This document shows, piece after piece, positions 1 through 11,653 of a stretch of 64,000 nucleotides of DNA. The DNA lies in NCBI GenBank assembly GCA_038087875.1, contig JAXLNO010004175.1, forward strand, positions 1-64,000, given 5' to 3'. Each line of letters begins with the position of its first letter. Positions within the stretch are counted from its first letter, which is position 1. Source of the stretch: Malacoraja senta. Its lineage: Eukaryota. The notes under the pieces were generated by a model that saw nothing but the letters and a program-made list of their open reading frames with translations, did not search any database and had not been told where the DNA came from. Made by a program: the position numbers and the translations under genes.

Positions 1-56
1 TCTGACCTTCAGCCTGCCCCCCCACCTCAACCCTGGCATGGTCCTCGATGTCTTTG
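1..56 (+). CDS. TAPBP: Tapasin exon 2, 3' part (window starts inside the exon)
   Basis: Frame from base 2 reads LTFSLPPHLNPGMVLDVF, then G|gtcagt donor (phase 1). It joins AT at 1523 to give D-ASG, like human tapasin PRPDLDPELYLSVHD-PAG. Confidence 0.7.
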
Positions 57-99
57 GTCAGTTTGTTATCCATCTATTATTGTTTGTCAGTGTTATAGA

Positions 100-1310
100 C
101 AATACATGATCACATTGAATGGCGGTGCTGGCTCGAAGGGCCGAATGGCCTACTCCTGCACCTATTGTCTAATTTAATGTTATGTTGTGTCTTTTGTAAA
201 AAATATTTTCTAACATGTAAATATTGAGTCTGTTCTATAGTTTTGCACAATCCACAGACAATAGACAATAGGTGCAGCAGTAGGCCATTCGGCCCTTTGA
301 GCCATTCAATGTGATCATGGCTGATCATCCCCAATCAGTACCCCGTTCCTGCCTTCTCCCCATATCCCTGACTCCATTATCTTTAAGAACCCTATCTATC
401 TCTCTCTTGAAAGTATCCAGAGAACCGGCCTCTGAGGCAGAGAATTCCACAGACTCATCACTCTGTTGAGAAAAAGTGTTTCCTCGTCTCCGTTCTAAAT
501 GGCCAACCCCTTATTCTTAAACTGCGTGGCCCCCTGGTTCTGGACTCCCCCAACATCGGGAACATGTTTCCTGCCTCTAGCGTTTCCAAACCCTTAACAA
601 TCTTATATGTTTCAATGAGATGCCCTCTCATCCTTCTAAACTCCAGAGTATACAAGCCCAGCTGCTCCATTTCTCTCAGCATATGACAGTCCCGCCATCC
701 CGGGAATTAACCCATAACGCCATAGAAACATAGAAAAATAGGTGCAGGAATAGGCCATTCGGCCCTTCGAGCCTGCACCGCCATTCAATATGATCATGGC
801 TGATCATCCAACTCAGTATCCTGTACCTGCCTTCTCTCCATAGCCCCTGATCCCTTTAGCCACAAGGGCCACATCTCACTCCCTCTTAAATATAGCCAAT
901 GAACTGGCCTCAACTGCCTTCTGTGGCAGAGAGTTCCAGAGATTCACCACTCTCTGCCATCCCGGGTATTAACCTTGTAAACCTACGTTGCACTCCCTCA
1001 ATAGCAAGATGTCCCCTTCCTCAAATTAGGGGATCAAAACTGCACACAATACTCCAGGTGTGGTCTCACTAGGGCTCTGTACAAATGCAGAAGGACCTCT
1101 TTGCTCCTATATTCGATTCCTCTTGTTATAAAGGCCAATTGGCTTTCTTCACTGCATCTGTACCTGCATGCTTACTTTCATAGACTGATGTACAAGGACC
1201 CCAGATCCCATTGTACTTCCCCTTTTCCCAACTTGATGCCATTTAGATAGTAATCTGTTTTCCCAACTTGACATGATGGGCCGAATGGCCTAATTCTGCT
1301 CCTAGAACAT
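100..1310 (-). mobile_element. Mosaic of CR1 LINE 3' fragments (family A) in tapasin intron 2
   Basis: Minus-strand ORF 458-682 reads LGLYTLEFRRMRG.LIETYKI...MFPMLGESRTRG. Repeated CR1 3' UTR tails (ggccattcggccc, catagaaa repeats). Confidence 0.85.
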
Positions 1311-1522
1311 GAACTTACGAACTCCAGTTTTGATCAGAATAAGCTGTAGTAACTCAGCAGGGCAGGGATGTGTGTGTTTATATATTGTGTCCAAGCCCTT
1401 AACAATCTTATATGTGTCAATGAGGCATTGCCCCTTACATTTCACTGTACATCTTGTATATATATGTGACTACTAATGTAGACTTGACTAAACTTGTTTG
1501 TTCCTCTGCTGCTGCTGAACAG

Positions 1523-1852
1523 ATGCCTCTGGAGTTCTGGCGTACGAGGGCTTTGTTCGTCCCCCGGGGTCGAGGGAGAAGCTGGTGTGTGAGCTCAACC
1601 GTTACCTGCCCCAGGAGGGGGGGTGAGGTGGGCATCGGAGCTGCACCGGACCACCGGACCCCCAGCCTACCGTGCCCACCACTGGCTCAGCTCCCACGTT
1701 CGAGGCTTCCGACGGGTCGCTCAGCGTGGCCAGCCTGCACCGGGTGGTCTCCGCGCCCCCAGGGAGGTGGGGGGACACGCGGAGAGGGGGCAACGAAGGG
1801 GGGGACAACGGGGCGGACCAGGAGGAGCGGCCCACCCACCACCGAACCTCAG
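1523..1852 (+). CDS. TAPBP: Tapasin exon 3 (N-terminal domain), two compensating 1-bp frameshifts as assembled
   Basis: aacag acceptor, ag|gtacag donor. Reads (D)ASGVLAYEGFVRPPGSREKLVCELNRYLPQEG, shifts at the G7 run 1617-1623 to VRWASELHRTTGPPAYRAHHWLSS, then shifts at the extra C (1693-1695) to TFEASDGSLSVASLHR...HHRTS. Matches human DPAG...HCEMSRFVP...KWASGL...WLMVS. Confidence 0.75.
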
Positions 1853-1883
1853 GTACAGGCGCCAAGGATGGTGGTCGCTCACC

Positions 1884-2195
1884 CCTCACCCCCCTCCCCT
1901 GACCACCTTTCACCCCCCTCCCTGACCACCCCTCACCCCCCCTCCCCTGACCACCCCTCACCCCCCTCCCCTGACCACCCCTCATCCCTCCCCTGACCAC
2001 CCCTTACCCCCCTCCCTGACCACCCCTTACCCCCTCCCCTGACCATCCCTCACCTCCCCTGACCACCCTCACCCCCCTCCCCTGACCACCCCTCACCCCC
2101 CTCCCCTGACCACCCCTCACCCCCCTCCCTGACCAGCCCTCCCCTGACCACCCCTCACCCCCTCCCCTGACCACCCCTCACCCCCCCTCCCCTGA
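1884..2195. repeat. C-rich 22-24 bp minisatellite (CCCCTCCCCTGACCACCCCTCAC); G-quadruplex-prone on the minus strand
   Basis: Directly visible tandem array with four G-runs per 1-2 units on the minus strand. Confidence 0.9.
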
Positions 2196-2534
2196 CGTCA
2201 CCATGGGAGAGGGGTAAAGGGGGAAGTTGAGGGAGGGTGGGGGATGAGGGGGGGTTTGGTAGTGAGGGAGAGGGGGGGTTGAGGGAGGCGGGGTTGAGGG
2301 AGGGGACGGTGAGGGACTGCTACACTGAGGAAGTGGGGTTCGGTGTGGGGGTTGAATATTCTTTGGGTGATAGGTGACTCTCCCCCCTTCTCTCCCTCCC
2401 CCTTCTCTCCCCCTCTTTCTCTCCCCCTCTTTCTCTCCCCCTCTTTCTTCCCCCTTCTCTCTCCCCCCTTCTCTCTCCCCTTCTCTCACCCCCTCTCTCT
2501 CTCTCCCCCTCTCCCCCCTCTCCCCCGTGTGCAG

Positions 2535-2876
2535 TGGTATTGAACGTGTTTACCCGTGTACACTATGTCCGTGCCCGGCTGGGCAGTACCGTGAGGCTGG
2601 ACTGTGGCTTCACACTGGAGCGGGCGATGCCCTTGGCGGTAGAGTGGCGTTACCAGCACCAGGGCAGCGGGCGGCTGGTTTACGCCTACAGCACGGAGCA
2701 GGACAGGGTACATGCGGCACAGGAGGGCGCCCACATGCAGCTGGAACTGCTGCACAGCCACAATAATGCGTCGCTGCTGCTGCAGAACGTGCAGCTGCAG
2801 CATGAGGGGACCTACATCTGTGCCGTCTACCTCCCTGGCCTGCAGGCTCAGATACCCGTCACCCTGGAGATCGCAG
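2535..2876 (+). CDS. TAPBP: Tapasin exon 4 (IgV-like domain)
   Basis: gtgcag acceptor, G|gtaa donor, phase 1/1. VVLNVFTRVHYVRARLGSTVRLDCGF...AVEWRYQHQGSGRLVYAY...NNASLLLQ...EGTYICAVYLPGLQAQIPVTLEIA is typical of the tapasin family. Confidence 0.9.
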
Positions 2877-2879
2877 GTA

Positions 2880-3545
2880 ACCGCCCTTCGGCCCGTCTGC
2901 TCCCTACTAGCCCAGCCCCGCGAATTATAGCCTACTCCCCTTGTATTACACCCTGCCCTTCAGCCCGTCTACTCCCTGCTAGCCCAACCCTGCCCCACGA
3001 ATTATAGCCCACACTCCTTGGATTATACCCTGTCCCTTGTATTATACCCTTCCCTTGTATTATACCCTTCCCTTTGGACCATCTACTCCCTGCTAGCCCA
3101 ACCCAGCCCCGCAAATTTTACCCACTCCCATTGTATTATACCATGCCTTCGGTCCATCTACTACCTGCTAGCCCAGCCACAACCTGTGAATTATAGCCCA
3201 CACCACTTGTATTATAATCTGCCCTTCTGCCCATCTGCCCCCTGCTAGCCCAACCCTGCGAATTATAGCCCATGCCCCTTGAATTACACCCTGCCCTTCA
3301 GCCCCTCTACTCCCCGCTAGTCCAGCCCTGCCCCGCGAATTATAGCACACCCCCATTGAATTACACCCTGCCCTTCGTCCCCTCTGCTCCCTGCTAGCCC
3401 TGCCCCGCGAATTATATCCAACGCCCCTTGTATTATAGTCTGCCCTTCGGCCCACCCGCTCCCTGCTAGCACAGCACTGCCGTGCGAATTATAGCCCACT
3501 CCCCTTGAATTACACCCTGCCCTTCAGCCCATCTACTCCCTGCTA
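2880..3545. repeat. ~75-77 bp degenerate minisatellite in tapasin intron 4
   Basis: Recurring GCCCCGCGAATTATAGCC...CCCTTGTATTACACCCTGCCCTTC...CTCCCTGCTAGCCC, roughly 8-9 copies. Confidence 0.85.
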
Positions 3546-3657
3546 GTGGGTCTTGACCCGAAACGTCGCCCATCCCTTCTCTCCAGAGATGCTGCCTCAC
3601 CCGCTGAGTTACTCCAGCATTTTGTGTCCACCTTCGATTTAAACCAGCATCTGCAGT

Positions 3658-4080
3658 NNNNNNNNNNNNNNNNNNNNNNNNNNNNNNNNNNNNNNNNNNN
3701 NNNNNNNNNNNNNNNNNNNNNNNNNNNNNNNNNNNNNNNNNNNNNNNNNNNNNNNNNNNNNNNNNNNNNNNNNNNNNNNNNNNNNNNNNNNNNNNNNNNN
3801 NNNNNNNNNNNNNNNNNNNNNNNNNNNNNNNNNNNNNNNNNNNNNNNNNNNNNNNNNNNNNNNNNNNNNNNNNNNNNNNNNNNNNNNNNNNNNNNNNNNN
3901 NNNNNNNNNNNNNNNNNNNNNNNNNNNNNNNNNNNNNNNNNNNNNNNNNNNNNNNNNNNNNNNNNNNNNNNNNNNNNNNNNNNNNNNNNNNNNNNNNNNN
4001 NNNNNNNNNNNNNNNNNNNNNNNNNNNNNNNNNNNNNNNNNNNNNNNNNNNNNNNNNNNNNNNNNNNNNNNNNNNNNNNN
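3658..4080. other. Assembly gap (N run)
   Basis: Run of N. Confidence 1.
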
Positions 4081-4802
4081 AAATGGCACTAAACCACAGT
4101 AAACGACACTACATACTATAGACTGAACTGTACAATACACTACACACCACACTACACTACAATGTACTGAACCTCACTACTAAACTACATTACACTGGAC
4201 ACCGTGACTACACGATGGACTCGACACTTGAGAACACCTGTTTCCTCGTCTCCGTTCTAAATGGCTTACCCCTTATTCTTAAACTGTGGCCCCTGGTTCT
4301 GGACTCCCCCAACATCGGGAACATGTTTCCTGAACATGTTGTGAATCTGTGGAATTCTCTGCCACAGATGGCATTGGAGGCCAATTCACTGGATGTTTTC
4401 AAGAGAGAGTTGGATTTAGCTCTTAGGACTAAAGGAATCAAGGGATATGGGGAGAGGCAGGAACGGGGTACTGATTGTGGATGATCACCCATGTTCACAG
4501 TGAATGTCTGGAGTTTAGAAGGATGAGAGGGGATCTTTTGAAACATATAAGATTGTTAAGGGTTTGGGCACGCTAGAGGGTTTGGGCGGTGCTGGCTGGA
4601 AGGGCCGAATGGCCAACTCCTGCACCTATTGTCTATTGTGTATTGAACGGCGGTGCTGGCTGGAAGGGCCGAATGGCCTACTCCTGCACCACCTATGTTT
4701 CTACACGACACACCAGTTACATTTCTTGTCCCACACACCAATTGCTACAGTGAGTTTGGAGTTAGTGCCAGTGTGATTATTAACGTGGTGTTGGTCATAC
4801 AG

Positions 4803-5125
4803 AGCCCCCGAGTGTGGTCCTGAGCCCGTCGCCCCTCTACGTGTCCGCCGGTCAGTCCCAGGACGTTGTGTGTGAGGTGAGTGGCTACTACCCGCTGGAC
4901 GTGACGGTGACCTGGTGGCGCCGGGCGGCCGGAGACACCAGTGACCGGCTGCTGACCCACAGCTGGCAGCTGGGGCACCAGAGGAACCACGACGGCACTT
5001 TCAATGTGACCAGCGGCGTCCAGGTGAGGCCCGGCGCGGCCGATCACGGAGACGTCTACACCTGTCATGTGGAGCACCTGTCCATGGCCGCAGGTGTCCG
5101 GAGGGACATCACCTGTGGTGGGCAG
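4803..5125 (+). CDS. TAPBP: Tapasin exon 5 (IgC1 domain), 1-bp deficit near its 3' end
   Basis: catacag acceptor. (E)PPSVVLSPSPLYV...VVCEVSGYYPLDVTVTW...DGTFNVTS...YTCHVEH, with a gcag|gtaagg donor. As assembled the exon ends in phase 0 but the next exon needs phase 1, so one base is missing around 5112-5122. Confidence 0.88.
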
Positions 5126-5316
5126 GTAAGGCCGGGGGAATGGCCCTTCCTCACTACCCCTCAACTACCCTCACCCTTCCCCTTCACCTCCCCCTCAACT
5201 ACCCTCAACTACCCTCACCCCCTCCCCTTCCCTCACCTCCCCTCAACTACCCTCAACTCCTCCCCTCCCCCTTCCTCACCTCCCCCCTCAACTACCCTCA
5301 TCTCCCCTCAACTCCC

Positions 5317-5471
5317 NNNNNNNNNNNNNNNNNNNNNNNNNNNNNNNNNNNNNNNNNNNNNNNNNNNNNNNNNNNNNNNNNNNNNNNNNNNNNNNNNNNN
5401 NNNNNNNNNNNNNNNNNNNNNNNNNNNNNNNNNNNNNNNNNNNNNNNNNNNNNNNNNNNNNNNNNNNNNNN
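5317..5471. other. Assembly gap (N run) within a C-rich repeat
   Basis: Run of N flanked by CTCAACTACCCT-type repeats. Confidence 1.
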
Positions 5472-5806
5472 TCTTCTCACATCCCTTCCTCCCCTCCTCA
5501 CCTTCCCTCCCTTCTCCATCCCCTCCACACCTCCGCTCCTCACCTCTGTAGTGGCCATTTGGCCTGTTTTGCATGTCATTGATGATGGCGTGTGAGAGAC
5601 GGGAGGGAGGGGTAGAGTGAGAGATGAGGAAAGAGAAAGAGGGTTTGAGGAGAGGGTGGAGGAGAGGGTGAGGGGGGAGAGACAAACAGGGTCTATTGTC
5701 TATTGTGTTTGAGGTCGGGGGTCAGGTGTGGGGTCAAGGGGTCAGGTGTGGGGTCAGGGGTCAAGGGTCATGGGCAGTGAGCTGACCTTTCCTGCTCATC
5801 CTGCAG

Positions 5807-5907
5807 GAGCGTCAGGACCCAAGATGGAGGACGCCATGGGCTTCTCCTCTGCGCCTTCATCCTCTACGGGGCCCTCAAGTTGTTTCACCATTGGCTCTTC
5901 CCCCAAG
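5807..5907 (+). CDS. TAPBP: Tapasin exon 6 (connecting peptide and transmembrane), 1-bp deficit at ~5841-5844
   Basis: cctgcag acceptor and perfect G|gtgagt donor. (G)ASGPKMEDAMG, then after the shift LLCAFILYGALKLFHHWLFPQ, like human GLSGPSLEDSVGLFLSAFLLLGLFKALGW. Confidence 0.82.
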
Positions 5908-5936
5908 GTGAGTTCACTATCGTCACGTGTACCGAG

Positions 5937-7400
5937 GTACAACAGACAATAGACAACAGGTGCAGGAGTAGGCCATTCGGCCCTTCCAGCCAGCACCGCC
6001 ATTCAATGTGATCATGGCTGATCATCCACAATCAGTACCCTGTTCCTGCCTTCTCCCCATATCCCCTGACTCCGCTATCTTTAAAAGCCCTATCTAACTC
6101 TGTCTTGAAAACATCCAGAGAACCGGCCTCCACCGCCCTCTGAGGCAGAGAATTCCACAGACTCTCAACTCTCAGAGAGAAAAGTGTTTCCTCGACTCCT
6201 TTTCTAAATCACATTGAATGGCGGTGCTGGCTCGAAGGGCCAAATGGCCTGCTCTTGCACCTATTGTCTATTGTCTATTGTCTAAATGGCTTACCCCTTA
6301 TTCTTAAACTGTGGGCCCCTGGTTCTGGACTCCCCCAAAATCGGGAACATGTTTCCTGCCTCTAGCGTGTCCACGCCCTAAACAATCTTTTATGTTTCAA
6401 TGAGATCACCTCTCATCCTTCTAAACTCCAGAGTATACAATACTCCAGGTGTGGTCTCACTAGGGCCCTGTACAACTGCAGAAGGACCTCTTTGATCCTG
6501 TACTCAACTCCTCTTGTTATGAAGGCCAACAGGCCAAAACTGCACACAATACTCCAGGTGTGGTCTCACTAGGGCCCTGTACAACTGCAGAAGGACCTCT
6601 TTGATCCTGTACTCAACTCCTCTTGTTATGAAGGCCAAGATGCCAAAACTGCACACAATACTCCAGGTGTGGTCTCACTAGGGCTCTACAGTGGAAAGCT
6701 TTGTACCGCGGGCTAACCAGCCAGCAGAAAGACTGGGTAGTCATGGTGGTGCAGCGGTAGAGTTGCTGCCTCACGGCCAATGCAGGGCTAGAGACACTAT
6801 GACTGTACCTCAGTCCTGCCAATGTCCGTCAACCACTAACTCCTTTATCTTGCTGACATTGAGGGAAAGGTTCAGGAAGTTCAAGTTGGGAAAAGGGGAA
6901 GTACAACGGGATCTGGGGGGTCCTTGTACATCAGTCTATGAAAGTAAGCATGCAGGTACAGCAGGCAGTGAAGAAAGCCATGTTGGCCTTTATAACAAGA
7001 GGAGTTGAGTGTCGGGGCAAAGAGGTCCTTCTGCAGTTGTACAGGGCCCTAGTGAGACCACACCTGGAGTATTGTGTGCAGTTTTGGTCCCCTAATTTGA
7101 GGAAGGACATTCTTGCTATTGAGGGAGTGCAGCGTAGGTTCACCAGGTTAATTTCTGGGATGGCGGGACTGTCATATGCTGAGAGAATGGAGCGGCTGGG
7201 CTTGTACACTCTGGAGTTTAGACGGATGAGAGGGGATCTTATTGAAACATATAAGATTATTAAGGGATTGGACACGTTAGAGGCAGGAAACATGTTCCCG
7301 ATGTTGGGGGAGTCCAGAACCAGGGGCCACAGTTTAAGAATAAGCGGTCGGCCATTTAGAACGGAGATGATTAGACAATTTTTCACACAGAGGGTTGTGT
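5937..7400. mobile_element. CR1 family A fragments (minus 5937-6690, including three tandem ~110-bp internal copies; plus 6880-7400)
   Basis: ORF 6938-7477 reads [23 protein letters not shown]...RRMRGDLIETYKI. AATACTCCAGGTGTGGTCTCACTAGGGC occurs three times in 6440-6690. Confidence 0.85.
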
Positions 7401-7803
7401 TGTCACCCAGCCTTCAGCCAACCATGGACACCTTCCTCAACCTTCATTACTTTTTTCCATATTTTTCATTCCATTGATCTGTAAATCTCTTCATTGCCGT
7501 CGAAATCCTCGATTCCCTCTCCCCTGACAGTCTGGAGAAGGGTCTCGACCCGAAACGTCACCTATCCATGTTCTCCACAGATGTTGCCTGACCCGCTGAG
7601 TTACTCCAGCACTCTGTGAAACGTCACCTATCCATGTTCTCCACAGATGCTGCCTGACCCGCTGAGTTACTCCAGCACTCTGTGAAACATAGAAACATAG
7701 AAAATATGTGCGGGAGTAGGCCATTCGGCCCTTCGAGCCTGCACCGCCATTCAACATGATCATGGCTGTCCACTGTCTGAATTGTCTGCTTTCTCTTCCT
7801 CAG

Positions 7804-7841
7804 TGAACCTGCCCAGAGGGAACTCGGAGGAAGAACTCAAG
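7804..7841 (+). CDS. TAPBP: Tapasin exon 7 (cytoplasmic tail)
   Basis: Polypyrimidine tract ending ttcctcag, 38 nt reading (V)NLPRGNSEEELK, AAG|gtaagc donor. Phases 1/0 fit the neighbouring exons. Confidence 0.72.
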
Positions 7842-8164
7842 GTAAGCGATCCACTGTTGCCATTGGGATGGTGAAATCTCAAGACACAGAGACACAGAGA
7901 CACAGGGACACTGGGACACAGGGTCACAGAGTCACAGAGTCACAGGGACACAGGGACACAGGAAGGCAGGAACGGGGTACTGATTGGGGATGATCAGCCA
8001 TGATCACATTGAATGGCAGTGCTGGCTCGAAGGGCTGAATGGCCTCCTCCTGCACCTATTGTCTATTGTCTGTTGTCTATCACATGCAATTTGTGGTTTT
8101 GCATGCACTGTTATTGCAGAACTCCTTCAGAGCGGCATGGTGGCGCAGCGGCAGAGTTGCTACC

Positions 8165-8755
8165 TTACAGAGGGAGGGGGGGAGAGAGGGAGAGAGGGAA
8201 GGGGAAAATGGAGAGGAGGAGGAAGGGAGAGGGGGAGAGGGTAGCGGAGAATGGAGAGCAGGAGGGGGATGGAGAGAGGGATTGAGAGGGGGAGAGAGGG
8301 AAGGAGAGAATGGAGAAGGGGGGTGGAGGGAGAGAGAGAAGGGGAGAATGGAGAAAGGGAGGGGGGAGGAGGGGGAGTTTAGGGGAACATGGAGAAAGGG
8401 ATTGAGAGTGGGAGAGAATGAAGGGGAGAATGGAGAAAGGGAGTGGAGGGTGGAGGTGGGGGAATTGAGGGCGAAAGGAAGGGAGGGAGGGATGGAGAGG
8501 TGAAAGGGAAGAATGGGGAGAGGGAGGAAGAGGGCATGGAGAGAGGGAAGGGGAGAATGGGGAGCGGGAGGGTGGCGGTGGAGGGAGGAGGAGGGGTGGA
8601 AGGAGGGAGAGAGGGAGGGGGGGTGGGAGAGGGAAGGGGAGAATGGAGAGCGAGAGGGGGGATGGAGGTAGGATGGGGGCATGGAGAGAGGGATTGAGAG
8701 AGGGAAGGGGATAATGGAGAGCGGGAGGGGGGCGAGTGGGGGGAGGGGAAGACGC
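8165..8755. repeat. GA-rich low-complexity tract in tapasin intron 7
   Basis: Almost exclusively G/A, with recurring GGGGAGAATGGAGA. Confidence 0.9.
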
Positions 8756-8961
8756 AATGACACTTCATTCAGACCTGCATTTATTGATGTATTTCTGAAT
8801 GAAAAATAAACATTTGATTGATTGGGAAGGGAGGGAATGGGAGAGAGGGAGCGAGGGGAGGGGGGGGAGGATGGAGGGAAGGTGAGAGGGAGGCAGCAGA
8901 GGAGGAGTGGGAAGACAGTGATTGCTTCGTCTAAACCTCCTCTCTGTCATTTGTCTTCCAG

Positions 8962-8973
8962 AAGAGAAACTAA
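8962..8973 (+). CDS. TAPBP: Tapasin exon 8 (KRN-stop), completing a C-terminal KKRN di-lysine motif
   Basis: tttgtcttccag acceptor then AAG AGA AAC TAA. With exon 7 this gives ...ELK-KRN*, a KKxx ER-retrieval signal as in tapasin. Confidence 0.68.
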   Translation, partial: KRN

Positions 8974-9389
8974 CCCTGTGAACAGCGGCCATAAGGCAGG
9001 GGTAGGTAACTGCGGGGGAGGGGGGAGGGGAGGAGGGGAGGGCGTCCTCATTACCTCCACTTCCTGAGGGTGGGTCCTGTAAATCCCCTCGCCTGGACAT
9101 TGGTAGATCAGCCAATCATCTCCTCCCTACCAATGGCCATCAGTAGACCAAGCAATGATGGGTTTGACCGGGTCGGGCGCGGACAGAGTACTGGAGTAAC
9201 TCAGCGGGTCAGGCAGCATCTGTGGGGAATGTAGACACAAAATGCTGGAGTAACTCAGCGGGTCAGGCAGCATCAATTGGAGGAGCAGCACCTCATATTT
9301 TCGCTTGGGCAGCTGACACCCCAGCGGTATGAACATTGACTTCTCCAACTTCAAGTGAAATCTTTCTCTCCATCCCCTCCCCCTTCCAA

Positions 9390-10975
9390 ATAGGTGCAGG
9401 AATAGGCCATTCGGCCCTTCGACCCAGCGCCGCCATTCAATGTGATCATCCCCAATCAGTACCCCGGTCCTGCCTTCTCCCCATATCCCCTGACTCCGCT
9501 ATCTTTAAGAGCCCTATCTAGCTCTCTCTTGGAAGTATCCGGCCTCCACCGCCCCCTGAGGCAGACAATTCCACAGACTCACCACTCTCTGTGAGAAAAA
9601 GTGTTTCCTCGTCTCCGTTCTAAATGGCTTACCCCTTATTCTTAAACTGTGGCCACCGGTTCTGGACTCCCCCAACATCGGGAACATGTTTCCTGCCTCT
9701 AGCGTGTCCAAACTATTAACAATCTTATATGTTTCAATAAGATTCCCTCTCATCCTTCTAAACTCCAGAGTGTACAAGCCCAGCCGCTCCATTCTCTCAG
9801 CATATGACAGTCCCGCCATCCTGGGAATTAACCTGGTGAACCTACGCGGCACTCCCTCAATAGCAAAAATGTCCTTCTTCAAATTAGGGGACCAAAACTG
9901 CACACAATACTCCAGGTGTGGTCTCATTAGGGCTTTGTACAACTGCAGAAGGACCTCTTTGCTACTATACTCGACTCCTCTTGTTATAGAGGCCATTTGC
10001 TTTCTTCACTGCCTGCTGTACCTGCATGCTTACTTTCATAGACTGATGAACAAGGATCCCCAGATCCCGTTGTACTTCCCCTTTTCCCAACTTGACGCCA
10101 TTTAGATAATAATCTGCCTTCCCGTTTTTGCTACCAAAGTGGATAACCTCAGATTTATCCACATTAAACTTCATCTGCCAGGCATCTGCCCACTCCCCCA
10201 ACCTGTCCAAGTCACCCTGCATTCTCATAGCATCCTCCTCACAGTTCACACTGCCACCCAGCTTTGTGTCATGGTCAAATTTGCTAATGTTACTTTGAAT
10301 CCATTCATCCAAATCATTGATGTATATTGTAAATAGCTGTGGTCCCAGCACCGAGCCTTGCGGTACCCCACTAGTCACTGCCTGCCATTCTGAATGGGAC
10401 CCGTTAATCCCTACTCTTTGTTTCCTGTCTGCCAACCAATTCTCTATCCATGTCAGCACTCGACCCCAATACCATGTGCCATAATTTTGCCTACTAATCT
10501 CCTATGTGGGACCTTATCAAATGCTTTCTGAAAGTCCATTTACACTACATCCACTGGCTCTCCCTTGTCCATTTTCCTAGTTACATCCTCAAAAAATTCC
10601 AGAAGATTAATCAAGCATGATTTCCCCTTCGTAAATCCATGCTGACTCGGACCGATCCTGTTACTGCTATCCAAATGTTTGGCTATTTCATCTTTTATAA
10701 TTGACTCCAGCATCTTCCCCACCACCGATGTCAGGCTAACTGTTCTATAATTCCCTGTTTTCTCTCTCCTGCCTTTCTTAAAAAGTGGGATAACATTAGC
10801 TACCCACCAATCCACAGGAACTGATCCTGAGTTTTTCGAACATTGGAAAATTATCACCAATGCACCACGATTTCTAAGTCACTTCCTTAAGTACCCTGGG
10901 ATGCAGACCATCAGGCCCTGGGGATTTATCAGCCTTCGGTCCCATCAGTCTACGCAACACCATTTCCTGCCCAAT
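9390..10975 (-). mobile_element. CR1 family A, 5'-truncated and decayed RT
   Basis: Minus ORFs 10540-10860, 9965-10459 ([14 protein letters not shown] in place of FADD) and 9514-9996. Confidence 0.92.
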
Positions 10976-11039
10976 GTGGATTTCCTTCAGTTGCTCCGTC
11001 ACCCCAGATCCTCTGGCCACTACTATATCAGGAAGATTT

Positions 11040-11217
11040 CCTCCCACACTCCAAAGACGTGCAGGTTTGTCGGTTAATTGGCTTGGTGTAAATGTAAAAA
11101 TTGCCTCCAGTGGGTGTAGGATGGTGTTAGTGTGCGGGGATCGTTGGTCGGCGCGGACCCGGTGGGCCGAAGGGCCTGTTTCCGCCCTGTATCTCTGAAC
11201 TAAACTACACTAAAAAA
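11040..11217 (+). mobile_element. HE1-type (V-SINE) 3' half
   Basis: CTCCCACACTCCAAAGACGTGCAGGTTTG...GGGCCGAAGGGCCTGTTTCCG...TGTATCTCT(AAACT)n, the same body and tail as 13556-13772. Confidence 0.75.
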
Positions 11218-11653
11218 AGATTCACCACTCTAAAGAAATTCCTTCGTGAAAGAATGTCCTTTAATTCTGAGGCTGTGACCTCTGGTCCTAGACTCTCCCA
11301 CTTTCCCACAGACACGCAAACCTACACATAAAAAACAATAGTGGAATAATAATAATAGTCTTAAGTAGTTCAGAGCTTATTTCAGTTTGTGGTGTTGACT
11401 GAATTGTTTTTTCCAGGTTCTTGTTCGTGACACCTTTGCCAATCGCGTCTACGGAAAGCAGACTGGACCCTTCTCCAGTTACCTGTTGGACCCCCCCCCC
11501 CCCCATGCTTCAACACCGGGTGATGGATGGTGTGTGTGGGCTGTTATCGAGTTGTATACAATTATTTTCAGCGAGTGCACTGTTACCGATTAAACTGCGT
11601 CTGCGTCTGCGTTTGTGTCTACCAATCTGTCTGGCGTCACAGTTCATTGTTCT

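Noticed and set aside
1623-1628. GTGAGG as the true donor ending tapasin exon 3 early
   Set aside because: The downstream sequence continues tapasin homology (RWASEL...WLSS), and the donor at 1853 has the phase required by exon 4.
2534-2876. Calling the gene TAPBPL (TAPBPR) because of LDCGF/TYIC
   Set aside because: The transmembrane Lys, EDAMG motif, WASxL motif and KKxx tail favour TAPBP, although a phylogeny is still needed.
3466-5685. ORFs spanning N runs
   Set aside because: Artefacts of translating assembly gaps.
6440-6690. Triple ~110-bp CR1 internal repeat as a functional array
   Set aside because: Simple local slippage or mis-assembly in a low-quality region; no spacer or regulatory structure.
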